In this document: piece by piece, positions 12,929 to 23,803 of the stretch
Numbering within the stretch: the first letter of the stretch is position 1
Layout of the letters: each line of letters opens with the position of its first letter
From: Shigella phage SSG23
Direction: 5' to 3' (one strand)
Length of the DNA stretch: 64,000 nucleotides
Sequence record: PQ351811
Made by a program: the position numbers and the translations under genes
Notes under the pieces: model-generated
The model's input: the letters and a program-made list of their open reading frames with translations, nothing else
What the model was told of the DNA's origin: nothing
Databases searched by the model: none

Positions 12929-13573
12929 TTATGCAATACGTTTGAAATAATATAGGGTAGTTCCAAATTTCTCTTCTGTACCCATTCGAGACCATGAACC
13001 ATAACCAACACGGGCAGGGGAATCAACATTTCCTGTGACTGTAATTCCGTACTTGTTGATATCGGTTGGTGGATGTTCAAGAGAATCGATATAATGAATT
13101 TCTAATTGGTCGTTGCTACTTCCTTTTCTTTTTACTTCCTTGAACATAATGTTTTTATTCATTAGTTCGGTAAATTTTTCCGTTACTTTCTCACATAGAG
13201 AAACGCCGGAAGACCCAACATCAACAATAAATGGATAACCCAAAACATCAATTAATACTTTCTTTGCTTCTGGGTTATGTTGACTATTAACACTTCCTGC
13301 AAATGTTAATGTTTCAATTTGCCCTGCCGATTGTGGTGCAGTTGAATTTGTTGTTACTAAAACGTCACCAATTCGGATCATTGACAATGAATAAAGGTCA
13401 TCAATTGCCGATTGAACGTTGTTTACATAGGAACCTTTTCTTGATTGATCGACATTAACGCCACCAATAGGACGAGAACCACCGATAACAGGATCTTTCG
13501 ATCCTGGATCGTATGAAATAAACGCCGCATCGCTGGAAAATACACTAGCTTTTGAACGTGTTTTCGAAATCAT
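12929..13573 (-). CDS. gp11: baseplate wedge protein gp11
   Basis: 214 aa (T4 gp11 219 aa) at gp11 position. Confidence 0.65.
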   Translation of the reverse strand: MISKTRSKASVFSSDAAFISYDPGSKDPVIGGSRPIGGVNVDQSRKGSYVNNVQSAIDDLYSLSMIRIGDVLVTTNSTAPQSAGQIETLTFAGSVNSQHNPEAKKVLIDVLGYPFIVDVGSSGVSLCEKVTEKFTELMNKNIMFKEVKRKGSSNDQLEIHYIDSLEHPPTDINKYGITVTGNVDSPARVGYGSWSRMGTEEKFGTTLYYFKRIA

Positions 13574-13574
13574 A

Positions 13575-15377
13575 TTAACCTACCCTTAGCCAACGATAGA
13601 CAGTTCTGTATGGAGGAAGAATACCCATCATTGATGGGTCAGTATTTCCCTGATTAACTTTTACGGTATCCTCGCGGTATTTGGTAAATGCTGGACCTAC
13701 TGCATCAGGGTCTACCTGACAACCGCCGATAATAATATTTCCGTTATCGTCTTTTACAAGAACTCGATCGTTGCTCTGTAATTCAGGAATCATATTTTTC
13801 TTGATCTGATATGCAACATCACCACCATTACCACCTGCGGTGTGTGTAGGTTGACCATGTGTATCGAGATCGTTGTTGTTTATTGCGAAGTTTTGATCGC
13901 TTGCATCGGATGACCAACCAGCCAGAAATTCACCTTCCGCATACCGTACCCATGTACCAAATCCCATATAGGTCGCTGGGTTGGCTGGGTTATGCGCATT
14001 TTCATAAATTGTACCTACAGGATGGAAAATGTCGAATATGGAATAGATATCCATCACACGACCTGTATAATCCTCCATTGGACGTTTAGTCGCTTGGCTT
14101 GGATTCAGGAAATCGGTATATTCAATTCGATTTGTCAGAGTAACTTCATCTTCGTTATTGAGATAAATTTTATCTGCTTTCTCTTTAATACCGCCTACAC
14201 CGTCCCATTCCATTAATGTTCCGATATCATTATTAAACCAGCGAATTGTGATAGTGTCTCGGTTATCCAGTGCTTTAGATAATTTAATACCAGTCACTAC
14301 ACTGTTTTCGTCAAACATTAATGAATAATCTTCGCCAGATTCCACCCATTGACCGCCAGCAAGCGCACAAGTTTCTTCTGTTTCGCCATCAGCACCCTCA
14401 CACACAAAAGAAGGTAAATCCGCGTCACCAGCTTTAATCATTTGCGTGCCGTTGATCAGCAATTCAAATGAATTTGGATTAATAAGATCTCGCTTACTTA
14501 CTCCCAATTCAGAATTGGTAAATTCTTTCTTATTCGCAAGTTCCCCAACCCAAACTTCACCGGGGATAGATTCCAAAGTGGTCATTCCGGTTTCATAAAC
14601 TCGGATTGTGTGGGTAATATAACTTGACCGGAAGGATGCGATCCCGTCCATATAAGTGATGATTTGAATGGTATCACCTGCCGAGCAAGGGAAGCGTAAT
14701 TTAATGCTTTTACCGTCCAGTGGGACAATATCACCGTTTTCACCGATAGAACCGTAGTTAGAATCATCGGTCAGATCCTTACCATAATAAAGCAAGTTAC
14801 CGCGATAATATACTTCAACATTTCGAATATTGTAAGTATTGGAACCAAACACATTGGGGAAGTCTGTTTGTCCTTCGGTTGCGATATAAACTTCTTTGGC
14901 GACGGTGCTTAAATCGGAAGTTGTTATAGTGTCAACTCGTTTATTTTCGACATATTCCCACCGACCGGGTGCACAATAAACCAATTCAACATCCATGAAA
15001 TCTTTATATAATTCACGGTTGATTGGCGACCCTTTAATGGTATCACCTTGTGCTGGCTTCAATGTTACGTTATGTGCAGCCCATGAGCGCCAAACATCAC
15101 GAAGTTTAATTGTTTTATTATAATCACTCGCGCTTCCTTTAGGCAATTCAACAGAAACAGCGTTGTTCGTTGTATTAATCGCCCATGCATCACCAAAATT
15201 TGGTTTTAATACTGGTTGTGTGTGAGTTTTCCACGCGCCGGATGCATGAGGGATATCACCATCCCCCAGCTTAGTATAAAGTTCAGAAAAGTTGTCATTA
15301 ATCTTTTGACCACCTTTTCTTAGATAATCACCTGTACCGTCATCAACAACGTTACCGATATTAATTAATTGTTTCAT
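13575..15377 (-). CDS. gp10: baseplate wedge protein gp10
   Basis: 600 aa (T4 gp10 602 aa) at gp10 position. Confidence 0.7.
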   Translation of the reverse strand: MKQLINIGNVVDDGTGDYLRKGGQKINDNFSELYTKLGDGDIPHASGAWKTHTQPVLKPNFGDAWAINTTNNAVSVELPKGSASDYNKTIKLRDVWRSWAAHNVTLKPAQGDTIKGSPINRELYKDFMDVELVYCAPGRWEYVENKRVDTITTSDLSTVAKEVYIATEGQTDFPNVFGSNTYNIRNVEVYYRGNLLYYGKDLTDDSNYGSIGENGDIVPLDGKSIKLRFPCSAGDTIQIITYMDGIASFRSSYITHTIRVYETGMTTLESIPGEVWVGELANKKEFTNSELGVSKRDLINPNSFELLINGTQMIKAGDADLPSFVCEGADGETEETCALAGGQWVESGEDYSLMFDENSVVTGIKLSKALDNRDTITIRWFNNDIGTLMEWDGVGGIKEKADKIYLNNEDEVTLTNRIEYTDFLNPSQATKRPMEDYTGRVMDIYSIFDIFHPVGTIYENAHNPANPATYMGFGTWVRYAEGEFLAGWSSDASDQNFAINNNDLDTHGQPTHTAGGNGGDVAYQIKKNMIPELQSNDRVLVKDDNGNIIIGGCQVDPDAVGPAFTKYREDTVKVNQGNTDPSMMGILPPYRTVYRWLRVG

Positions 15378-16228
15378 GTAGCAACCCCGATTTTAATAGT
15401 GTCTACGGCTTTAACTGCTAAACGAATATTTTCGCCAGTAGCCTTATACTCTGCATATACTTTATCGCCGGAACCGATGAAATAACGAACCGTGTATAGT
15501 TCATCTTCTGTCTTCTGCAAAACTGTATATTCCGTCGCATAAACTTTTCCGGCTTTAGAATCAATCATCAGTAGCGTTTCACTTGAACGCATTTTTGAAC
15601 CGGATATATTGCTAGCGGTAGTTAATAATTTGATGGAAACATATTCTGTTTTTGCGGCAATAGCAACGTTTGTTGCTACTCCAGTTACGTTAACTGTTTT
15701 ATCTAATGGCGTTGTTGTATCGGTAAACATACTTTCGATACCCAATCGCCATGTTACGCGACTACCTTCAACGGCAGTACACCAAACGGTGACTTTTGAA
15801 AATGGTTGTGTTATTGTAGCATCACCGGAATACCCGCTAATAGAATCACCTGCTTGAGTTCGAATATTGAGCGGTGTCGTCGTTGAAAGGCTACCGTTAC
15901 TATTTATGAATACAACACCCTCACCAACCTTTGCTTTAGGGAGGATAGCAATAAGTGCGCCTTGAGTTGTATCGATATCGTGTAGACTCCCAATCTCAAC
16001 AGCGGAACCAGCGTAGCTTTGGCGTGGATGCTTCTGATAGTATCCGGTTGCATGAATAACCATTCTTCCTACACCGTGGTCTACGTCTTTAAACCGTTGA
16101 TCAGCAAATGCGTCATATATTGAATCAAAGTTATCGTTAATTTTATTACCGCCATCATATAAGATATCGCCAGTCGATGGATTGCCGACCGTACCTGTGT
16201 CTATTCTTTTCTTTGGAACTTGTGCCAT
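15374..16228 (-). CDS. gp9: baseplate wedge protein gp9
   Basis: 284 aa (T4 gp9 288 aa) at gp9 position. Confidence 0.65.
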   Translation of the reverse strand: MAQVPKKRIDTGTVGNPSTGDILYDGGNKINDNFDSIYDAFADQRFKDVDHGVGRMVIHATGYYQKHPRQSYAGSAVEIGSLHDIDTTQGALIAILPKAKVGEGVVFINSNGSLSTTTPLNIRTQAGDSISGYSGDATITQPFSKVTVWCTAVEGSRVTWRLGIESMFTDTTTPLDKTVNVTGVATNVAIAAKTEYVSIKLLTTASNISGSKMRSSETLLMIDSKAGKVYATEYTVLQKTEDELYTVRYFIGSGDKVYAEYKATGENIRLAVKAVDTIKIGVAT

Positions 16229-16255
16229 TGTTTAATTCCTCATGTTATGATGTAT

Positions 16256-16263
16256 TATTTATA
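16256..16263 (-). promoter_or_regulatory. T4-type late promoter core TATAAATA upstream of gp9
   Basis: Plus TATTTATA = minus TATAAATA about 28 nt upstream of gp9 ATG, just downstream of the cassette terminator. Confidence 0.5.
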
Positions 16264-16271
16264 AAATACAT

Positions 16272-16300
16272 ACAAAAAAGCCGCCCACAAGGACGGCTTA
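16272..16300 (-). terminator. rho-independent terminator after methyltransferase-like gene
   Basis: Minus RNA hairpin GCCGTCC-TTGT-GGGCGGC followed by TTTTTTGT. Confidence 0.65.
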
Positions 16301-16303
16301 TAA

Positions 16304-17143
16304 TTAAATGTCAAACAAGTCTGAGAGCGTCCCAGACGCTGTTTCTTGTTCTGGTAAGGTAATCTCCTTACTTTCTTCTATTTGTTCGTTAGGACGCGAT
16401 TTAGGCGCTTCTACGGCTTCTTTCTCGTAATACCTAACCTCAACCACTTCTGTTAAAACGTTGGTACTGTGCCATTCATCGCGATAGATTGATGTATCGA
16501 TCCCACATCCGGCATAAGTCACCAAACCAGTTTGTTTGCTCCATTTTAGATATTTATTAGACTTCATTGTTCCGTCATAATAAGGTCTACCGGAATAAGC
16601 AAAACCAGCAGAACCAGCAGGAACAATAAAGTAACCAACATCAGCAAACTTCTGGCCTAATGTCATAACCTTAAATTCAAACTCACCGCCAGTATATTCA
16701 AATACATCCTTTGTGTCGGTTGTATTGATTTTCCCGAAAGGTGGATTGCTAATTACAACATCAAATTTTTCGTTTGATTCAAATTCGAATACATCGCTGG
16801 TGATCCATTCTGCTTCCGGTAATAGTCGTTTACCGATCCGCGCAAATTCTGGATTGAGTTCGACGCATACGATCTTTTCTGGCTTACAACGATGCAACAT
16901 ACAGAAAGATAAACGACCGATCCCAGCACACAAATCTAATACTTTTCCGGTGCAGTGTGCGTCAATGGTAAAATCCCATGCAAGACCCTCTGGAGTAAAG
17001 AATGCACCGGAACCACCTAGACCATCTCCATGATAGTTATTATAGCAAAACTCCTTTTCTTCATATGTCAATGGGCGATCTGAATTGATTAGCTCCATTG
17101 CCCGATCGTGTAATTTTTGTTCTTGTTTGGAAAGTCGTGCCAT
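16304..17143 (-). CDS. gamma-class N6-adenine amino-methyltransferase-like protein (SAM-dependent)
   Basis: 279 aa; FFTPEGL (motif X-like), VLDLCAGIGRL (motif I), VISNPPFG (motif IV, NPPF); inserted between gp9 and gp8. Confidence 0.6.
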   Translation of the reverse strand: MARLSKQEQKLHDRAMELINSDRPLTYEEKEFCYNNYHGDGLGGSGAFFTPEGLAWDFTIDAHCTGKVLDLCAGIGRLSFCMLHRCKPEKIVCVELNPEFARIGKRLLPEAEWITSDVFEFESNEKFDVVISNPPFGKINTTDTKDVFEYTGGEFEFKVMTLGQKFADVGYFIVPAGSAGFAYSGRPYYDGTMKSNKYLKWSKQTGLVTYAGCGIDTSIYRDEWHSTNVLTEVVEVRYYEKEAVEAPKSRPNEQIEESKEITLPEQETASGTLSDLFDI

Positions 17144-17472
17144 TATTTAACCTTTGCTGTTACGGTAACGCTATGCCCCAAATAAACATGAGACATAAAG
17201 AACACAAAGTTTTTAAATTGCGGATTCTTTCGAATAAACCGTTTCAATTTTCGAATACAAGTAATGCTATGGTCATAATTAGAGTAATTAAATTTGATAC
17301 CCTGTTCCATCATCACATTAACTTCATCTTGAGAATGCCACTTCTTATCATGGTCACAAAACCAATAGTTATCATGCCATTTTTCTTGAAGATGCAAGCC
17401 CCAAAACACTTTATACATTGGATGTTTTGGTTTACCCATTGTGTAATGCAGTTTAATATTTACGCGTGCCAT
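17143..17472 (-). CDS. hypothetical protein (His/Trp/Tyr-rich), cassette gene 2
   Basis: 109 aa ORF, start overlaps stop of upstream ORF and stop overlaps methyltransferase start (translationally coupled). Confidence 0.5.
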   Translation of the reverse strand: MARVNIKLHYTMGKPKHPMYKVFWGLHLQEKWHDNYWFCDHDKKWHSQDEVNVMMEQGIKFNYSNYDHSITCIRKLKRFIRKNPQFKNFVFFMSHVYLGHSVTVTAKVK

Positions 17473-17717
17473 TTTCTATCACTCCACATACCGAAAGTTG
17501 GATTATACACAAAATGTATAGCTTCATCAATAGTCTTGAATCGTTTAGTTACGTTAGCGCAATTGATACCCTCCCATAGTTCATCGGTGTAATCGGCTAG
17601 TGATGAATGAGTATGATCGATGAGTTCCCCGATCTTCTCACCGTTCGCGATCACCTCCCAACCGCAAGGGGATACCTGAATTGCTTCACAATTATCTGTA
17701 AATTTACGACGTGCCAT
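17460..17717 (-). CDS. hypothetical protein, cassette gene 1
   Basis: 85 aa ORF with GGAGG RBS, first gene after the minus-strand early-type promoter. Confidence 0.5.
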   Translation of the reverse strand: MARRKFTDNCEAIQVSPCGWEVIANGEKIGELIDHTHSSLADYTDELWEGINCANVTKRFKTIDEAIHFVYNPTFGMWSDRKWHA

Positions 17718-17746
17718 AATTTATCCTCCGTTGTTTATATGTGTGT

Positions 17747-17774
17747 ATTATACCTTACCAAATAAGATTGTCAA
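17747..17774 (-). promoter_or_regulatory. sigma70-type early promoter on minus strand driving the 3-gene cassette
   Basis: Minus strand GGGTGTTGACA, 16 bp spacer, TATAAT, then ACACACAT leader and GGAGG; same architecture as plus-strand early cassettes. Confidence 0.6.
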
Positions 17775-17786
17775 CACCCAAAATAG

Positions 17787-17816
17787 AAAAAGCCAACTCT
17801 CTCGAATTGGCTTTTA
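17787..17816 (-). terminator. rho-independent terminator after gp8
   Basis: Minus RNA hairpin AAGCCAATTCGAGAGAGTTGGCTT followed by TTTTCTATTTT. Confidence 0.65.
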
Positions 17817-17827
17817 AAATCATACAC

Positions 17828-18823
17828 TTAGAACTCAAACAACACAGAAACAAGCTCTGTTTGATCTAATGACCGAACGATAGGTTGTCGGTTTTCCATG
17901 TAGATCATTTCTCCTGAGTGTGGCTCTAAATCCTGTGGTTGATATTTGTCTTTAATCGCTTTAACGTCTGGGTCGCTAGGACGTGCTTTCTTCTCTAATG
18001 GATTAAGGATAATACTTAACTGACGGAAGCCAGTATTACCCACTAACGCTGACGTTGGGAATTGTGCGGAATCCATATAAGCCTGAAAACGCAAAGTTAC
18101 TACTTTCAGCCGATAAAGCAGATTATAGTCATTATACCAGGTGATCACATTGTCATAGCCCCAACGCGCCGGATCTTGTCGCAGTTCATCAGGGAACGGC
18201 ACAACAATATGCTCGTTGGTGCAACGGTTGATCGCCGCATCAGGCGGAATTGTGTACAAATATTCCCAACGATATCCGTCACCCATATCAATAGAATCGC
18301 CTTTCCCTACTGGTGGCGCGATTGATTCATGCGTAGGGGTCCATTTTCCACCCAATTTCAAACACTCTACTTTAGCGTCAATGCTTGAAATAGAACAATA
18401 ACCGCGATCAGGAACATCTGTCACTCGATACACCATCCAACCACTACCAACATCTGTACGGTTATATGGTGCAGAGTTTACGACAACAATGTCATTGATA
18501 AAGAACGTGCGCGGGTTATCCTGTCCGGTATCACCCCAATCTTTACGGGGGATAACCGCATCAAGAAGTGATTTGTTAATCTTAACCGCCCCCATCATAT
18601 GGGTCCACATATCAACAACGCCAGCCGTTGAATCGGTCGGATAAGGTGGGGCAAAGCCCACCTCTTTTTCGTTTTCTGACCACGGCTCCGAACGTCCAAA
18701 CGTTCCATAAATTGTAATTTGATTTGCCCCATCGCCTACAGAATTATAGAAATTCAGAAGTTTTTCTGTTCTGAATTTACTAGTAATGATTGAGCGATAG
18801 ATCACACTATTTTCATTAGCCAT
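17828..18823 (-). CDS. gp8: baseplate wedge protein gp8
   Basis: 331 aa (T4 gp8 334 aa) at gp8 position. Confidence 0.7.
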   Translation of the reverse strand: MANENSVIYRSIITSKFRTEKLLNFYNSVGDGANQITIYGTFGRSEPWSENEKEVGFAPPYPTDSTAGVVDMWTHMMGAVKINKSLLDAVIPRKDWGDTGQDNPRTFFINDIVVVNSAPYNRTDVGSGWMVYRVTDVPDRGYCSISSIDAKVECLKLGGKWTPTHESIAPPVGKGDSIDMGDGYRWEYLYTIPPDAAINRCTNEHIVVPFPDELRQDPARWGYDNVITWYNDYNLLYRLKVVTLRFQAYMDSAQFPTSALVGNTGFRQLSIILNPLEKKARPSDPDVKAIKDKYQPQDLEPHSGEMIYMENRQPIVRSLDQTELVSVLFEF

Positions 18824-21800
18824 TAATTTTCCTCTGTGTCGGATTCTTCGGATCGCGTGGATTCCCTATATTATCCTTCAACCGTTTGTCTACAAGTTCA
18901 CGGAACATAGAGAATGTTACCGCCGACTGGTCAAACAGTGGACTCATTGCAAATCTTCGTTCGCTTGCTTTAAGTCCGTGGAACAATTCGCTGTTCTCCT
19001 GATCATATTCAGGAGGAACCGGAAATTCATCACCAATTAAAGGTGAAGTCAAATATAATGCTTTTCCGGTAAGCGGGTCTTTCTTAATGTTTCCGTCAAC
19101 GTCAAGGTCTGCCACCCGATCAGGATACACGCTAGGCAATCCGCTGTCAAACTTATAGTTTTTCAGAGATTGAATTATAGTCTCGGTGTGCTTCATGCTT
19201 AACCCGCTGTTAATGAACATCGTAAGCAGGGTAACACCGATAAACCCAAAGCCGACAGGATGAACGAATCGCATTACATCATTTGCATAGCGCGAAACTG
19301 GCAATGCACTTTTAATCTTCATGGTGTATTGACTTCGTGAGCGGTTGATATAGTCGATTGAACTACTTAACAACTCTTTACCACGTACACCAACAAGGAT
19401 CATCCCCTCAAACGCTGTTTTCTCTGATTTGATCAATTGACCTTCTTCGAACCGCCCGATCAGGTTATGAATGGTTACTCGCCAGCGTAGGCGACCACCT
19501 TCATATTCCCTTTCAAGATACGTCACGTTAGCCCGTCCGGTTGGAGTATAGATCGTGCGACCTACGATATCCTCGTCAATGTTCGTTGAACTAACAACAA
19601 TATCATACTCTAGTCCGGCTTGTGATTCAACCTCAATTTCCACATCTTCATTATAAAGTAACTTAAACAAGAACTTATAAGAAGCCTCCACGCCCTTAGT
19701 GGAATAAAAATCCGATTTGCGGGATTCAAAGAATCTTACTACCGCATCTCGCTTGTTTTTATCTGCATAGATGTTTCGTTTGTTCATCTCTGACCAAAGA
19801 TACTCATATGCATCTTGCTCGCGTGGGTATTTGTTTTTAATCAGATTTTTTAGTTTATTATAATATGTTCCTGAACCATCACTTAAGAATTGCAGATAAT
19901 ATTCAGAGAATTTTCTGAAATTTTCGTTCTCAAGCAAAAAGCTATCCGGCGTCATCTTATTCAGTAAAGGCCGCAAATCTGGGTCTTGCTCTCTGTCATA
20001 ATGAACAGGAACCCAGGGAACCTCTCGGACCTGATTTTGCAGTTCAGCAACAAATGCAACATTTGTAGGCTTCCAATATACACCAACCTGATCACGAACA
20101 CGATAATTAAATTGATAAAATCCTATGATCTCCCCTGTGTTTTTATGGAACATTACACCGGATGCATATTGTTTGAATCCTTCAAATTTAACATTGTTCA
20201 GATAACAGGTCACTGTCCCCTTATCATAAACCTCTCGGTTAACCCTGTTTTGGTCAAGAATGCCGGAAGTATCAACTTCCTGAGTATAGATAACCTCTGG
20301 ATAAACAACCAACGGGCGATTATCATTTGTGATCCATACACGAACACCGTTTCGACGCATCCATGTATAATCAGCCTCATTATAATATGCTTGTGGTCCT
20401 AACTCCCAGATACGCAAATCATCATAACTTGCTCTGAAAGTCGTTTGATGTATTTTCTTATCAGTTAGATAAGTTGGCTCCTGAGAATATTTTACAGCTT
20501 CGCTTAATTCATATTTCGCGGCTGTTTCTGGATCTGGTAAAATGCTTTCGAAATGATGATTATAATGGCTTATGAACACCTCATCACCGTTTGTTGACAT
20601 ATTACTAAATCCGTGCTGAATATATTCTCTTTCTTGCGGAGTATTACCAAATACACGCTGAAAAGACAGACCATCACTCCCGATTAAGTATACACCCGCA
20701 TCATCTGACGGAACAACGTTTTCTGGTTTGGTCGGATCTTGATAACGCTGTTTAACTTCACCCGTAACAAATACCAGTAATTTTCCGTCAACAACATCCA
20801 TTTTCTGAATAACAGCTTTGTCATTTCCTGTTACTCGGATAATATCAGGGTCAAATATCTTTTCCCCAAATGTAGGCGAACCCTGAACGGTATCAACTGG
20901 AGTATTCTTAAGGCGAATCCGGCGAATAACATCCTTAGCACCAACCCACAAATAGTCATCACTGCACGCCATAGCTTCGGCGTATTTTGTGGTATCACCT
21001 GTTAATCTGGAAAATACACCAAAGACCTCAACATCAAACCCTAAGTCGTTTTCGTCACCAACCTTTGCAAAAGTGATCGTATCATCACTAAATCGAACAT
21101 CGTCCGCGCTCCATCGAGTATCGCTCGCTTGTCGTCCGTAAAAGATTCGGTCATATCCTAAAACGTAAGTAGTGGTTTTAGACTGATAAACGCATGTACG
21201 GGAAACCGGATTGCCTACACGGTCATTAAAAGCCTTGTATGCTTTCCATGATTGACCTTTATCATTTGACACTTTCACGATCGGCTGGAACCGTTCGAAA
21301 AGGTACAAAACACCGTTCATTTCCGCTAACATCGTGCGGTTTATATCAGTACAAACTTTTTCTATGTGGTCCTGTATTTCATGAAAGTTCTCATCAACTA
21401 CAATGTAGTTTGAGATATTTGTCATGTTTGCATATTCAGGGCTAAAGACAAAATCTTCCTTCATCAATGACGCTTGAATCAGGTCAGTATTAAACTTGAC
21501 ATACTCTCTGTTATCGTATGTAAATTTTTCCTTTATAAACTCGTTTGCAAGGTTGAACTCGCGCATCATAGAAAAATTATATGCGTTTGTTTTAAATGTC
21601 TGAAACTCTTCTGTCTCGACCCATTTACTTTGTTCAAATCCTTCTGCGGCTACTGCTACACGAAACTTGTAATAATATTCTGGAAAAAGGTTTTTATCCT
21701 CAAACCAGTTTTGATCGGCAGTATATCCCAGGTTTACCCAGCTTAACTCATCGACGGGGATGATCTCCCCGTCTCGCGTTCTGGTTTCGGCTAACTCCAC

Positions 21801-21902
21801 AAAATAAAAGAAGTTTTCGCCTACGTCATCCCATGTGATATACGCCTGATTAGCAGACAATTTTTCTATTGTCAAGCTAGTTACACTAGGCGCTTTAATC
21901 AT
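18816..21902 (-). CDS. gp7: baseplate wedge protein gp7
   Basis: 1028 aa (T4 gp7 1032 aa) between gp6 and gp8. Confidence 0.8.
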   Translation of the reverse strand: MIKAPSVTSLTIEKLSANQAYITWDDVGENFFYFVELAETRTRDGEIIPVDELSWVNLGYTADQNWFEDKNLFPEYYYKFRVAVAAEGFEQSKWVETEEFQTFKTNAYNFSMMREFNLANEFIKEKFTYDNREYVKFNTDLIQASLMKEDFVFSPEYANMTNISNYIVVDENFHEIQDHIEKVCTDINRTMLAEMNGVLYLFERFQPIVKVSNDKGQSWKAYKAFNDRVGNPVSRTCVYQSKTTTYVLGYDRIFYGRQASDTRWSADDVRFSDDTITFAKVGDENDLGFDVEVFGVFSRLTGDTTKYAEAMACSDDYLWVGAKDVIRRIRLKNTPVDTVQGSPTFGEKIFDPDIIRVTGNDKAVIQKMDVVDGKLLVFVTGEVKQRYQDPTKPENVVPSDDAGVYLIGSDGLSFQRVFGNTPQEREYIQHGFSNMSTNGDEVFISHYNHHFESILPDPETAAKYELSEAVKYSQEPTYLTDKKIHQTTFRASYDDLRIWELGPQAYYNEADYTWMRRNGVRVWITNDNRPLVVYPEVIYTQEVDTSGILDQNRVNREVYDKGTVTCYLNNVKFEGFKQYASGVMFHKNTGEIIGFYQFNYRVRDQVGVYWKPTNVAFVAELQNQVREVPWVPVHYDREQDPDLRPLLNKMTPDSFLLENENFRKFSEYYLQFLSDGSGTYYNKLKNLIKNKYPREQDAYEYLWSEMNKRNIYADKNKRDAVVRFFESRKSDFYSTKGVEASYKFLFKLLYNEDVEIEVESQAGLEYDIVVSSTNIDEDIVGRTIYTPTGRANVTYLEREYEGGRLRWRVTIHNLIGRFEEGQLIKSEKTAFEGMILVGVRGKELLSSSIDYINRSRSQYTMKIKSALPVSRYANDVMRFVHPVGFGFIGVTLLTMFINSGLSMKHTETIIQSLKNYKFDSGLPSVYPDRVADLDVDGNIKKDPLTGKALYLTSPLIGDEFPVPPEYDQENSELFHGLKASERRFAMSPLFDQSAVTFSMFRELVDKRLKDNIGNPRDPKNPTQRKING

Positions 21903-23803
21903 TGAGCAATTGCCTCCAGACTAATAGTTGTGTACTGAGGACGGAGATCGTTTTCAAACACGATCAACGAACCGTCTTTAGTAAAAATGTTATCAGCAAT
22001 CGGTTTAGCTGTCAACTCAATATATGAACCAGTAAAGCGATCGCTATTGATATTCAGTTTACCCAGATCCCATGAAATAAGGTCTTCATAATGCTTAACT
22101 TCTCCAACCTCAAAGTATAGGTCCGCACCGTCGATAATCTCTTTATCAAAATCAGTGCCGGAATAGTGCGGTAAAGCGATTGTAGAACCAACAGGGAAAG
22201 GTCCAACCAGCAATTTAGCTAAACCTGATTCTTTGTTCATCTCTGTACTTACATAATGGATCGGGTATTGTTTACCGTCCTTTTCGAAGTTGAACGAACT
22301 AGACTTGATTCCGCTCTTATACTGGTTTAAAAACTTGATTCCAGCCATAGGTGCTTTATAGAAGTTGTCGATCTCTCGCACCATCTCGATTTCTGCACTA
22401 GAACCTATCACAGATACATCAGCTTTGTCAATACGCGCAAGCATTTTAGACTTACTAAAGGTCTGGTTAAAAATTTCCACTTCATCGGTATAATATGCAT
22501 CAATCTGATCAATAACAGCACCGCGCAACCACTGCTCTGATTCTGATAAGTCATTGATTGAATAGGAAACTTTAATATTCTGTTTAATATACAGATAGCT
22601 AGGGTCAATGATGCTCGGTGTGATGGGGGCAAGATTATATTTTGCCAGATAATCACGCATATCTTCTTTTTGAACAGTTGTCAAGCGCAAGCCCGATTTA
22701 GGCTTAACAGCAACAAAAGCATAACCTGGTTTCTCTCGGTCGGTGAAACATTGTACCGCCTGAACAATACTACCAAAACGGCTAGAAACAAAAGCCTCGT
22801 AGTCGGAAGCAGTTACACAACGACGCTGAGATTCACGCATTACCGGAGCAAGTTCACGGATACGTTCGATTGATTCAGGATCACCACCACCATCTGCACC
22901 GACATAATCACGATCATTTGTCGGATTCTCAATAATTTTAACAATAGAGATAGATGCAAGGGTATCCGCATATGTAAAATTAACTGAACCGTTTGCTTCC
23001 GCGCCCTTAGTGCTGATATATTCGATAACAATATTAGCACCAGTTGACGGCTTAAGGCCACCAATATAATTTGCTTCCAGTGCCCCGCCAGCCGCAGATA
23101 AGGTTGATTCACCTTCACCAAAGAAAATTTCTGTATGTCCGTCTACGGTTTCACGCATATAGAAAATATTGCTTGCGCCAGTTGCATTAACAATACTTTC
23201 TCGTGTCCAGTCTTTCCATTCAGCACCGTCCACCCACAATTTAACCTGAGAGCGGTCAATATCAGGGTCACGGATCAGAATTTGTTTCTTCGGATCAAAT
23301 AACATTTCTGTACGAACAATACGACCTTGTGCGACTTTAAGCATAGGTGTATATAAACCATTTGAACCTAAAACGCTCACAACGTCTTCTGTAGTAACAA
23401 ATGGGTAAGAAGTCTGGCGATCCACACTTGCAATAAATTTAGTTCCTCGTGGGATTCGAATACTTGCCGGATTTCGTGGATGGGAAACATGCAACATAAT
23501 TGTAGTTGATGCACTAGTTTTACTCGCTGGCAAATATCCTAAATCTTGCGCAGCTTGAACAACTGAACTACGCTTAATTGCCGTTCTGATAAAAGATTCA
23601 TATAGCGCGGCGTTGGCGAATTGCTGAATATACAGAGTGTTATATGCGAGCAAGTCCATCAATACGTTAATGCCAGCACCATTAAAATCAAAATCTTTAA
23701 ATTCTTCCTGGTTTCTCATCCAGTCGGTTAATGCGCTTTTAATTTCATCGAATGTAGCAGCATTAAAAATATCAGGAATTTGTGTAATCTTTTGCTTTGT
23801 CAT
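21899..23803 (-). CDS. gp6: baseplate wedge protein gp6
   Basis: 634 aa (T4 gp6 660 aa) at gp6 position. Confidence 0.75.
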   Translation of the reverse strand: MTKQKITQIPDIFNAATFDEIKSALTDWMRNQEEFKDFDFNGAGINVLMDLLAYNTLYIQQFANAALYESFIRTAIKRSSVVQAAQDLGYLPASKTSASTTIMLHVSHPRNPASIRIPRGTKFIASVDRQTSYPFVTTEDVVSVLGSNGLYTPMLKVAQGRIVRTEMLFDPKKQILIRDPDIDRSQVKLWVDGAEWKDWTRESIVNATGASNIFYMRETVDGHTEIFFGEGESTLSAAGGALEANYIGGLKPSTGANIVIEYISTKGAEANGSVNFTYADTLASISIVKIIENPTNDRDYVGADGGGDPESIERIRELAPVMRESQRRCVTASDYEAFVSSRFGSIVQAVQCFTDREKPGYAFVAVKPKSGLRLTTVQKEDMRDYLAKYNLAPITPSIIDPSYLYIKQNIKVSYSINDLSESEQWLRGAVIDQIDAYYTDEVEIFNQTFSKSKMLARIDKADVSVIGSSAEIEMVREIDNFYKAPMAGIKFLNQYKSGIKSSSFNFEKDGKQYPIHYVSTEMNKESGLAKLLVGPFPVGSTIALPHYSGTDFDKEIIDGADLYFEVGEVKHYEDLISWDLGKLNINSDRFTGSYIELTAKPIADNIFTKDGSLIVFENDLRPQYTTISLEAIAQ

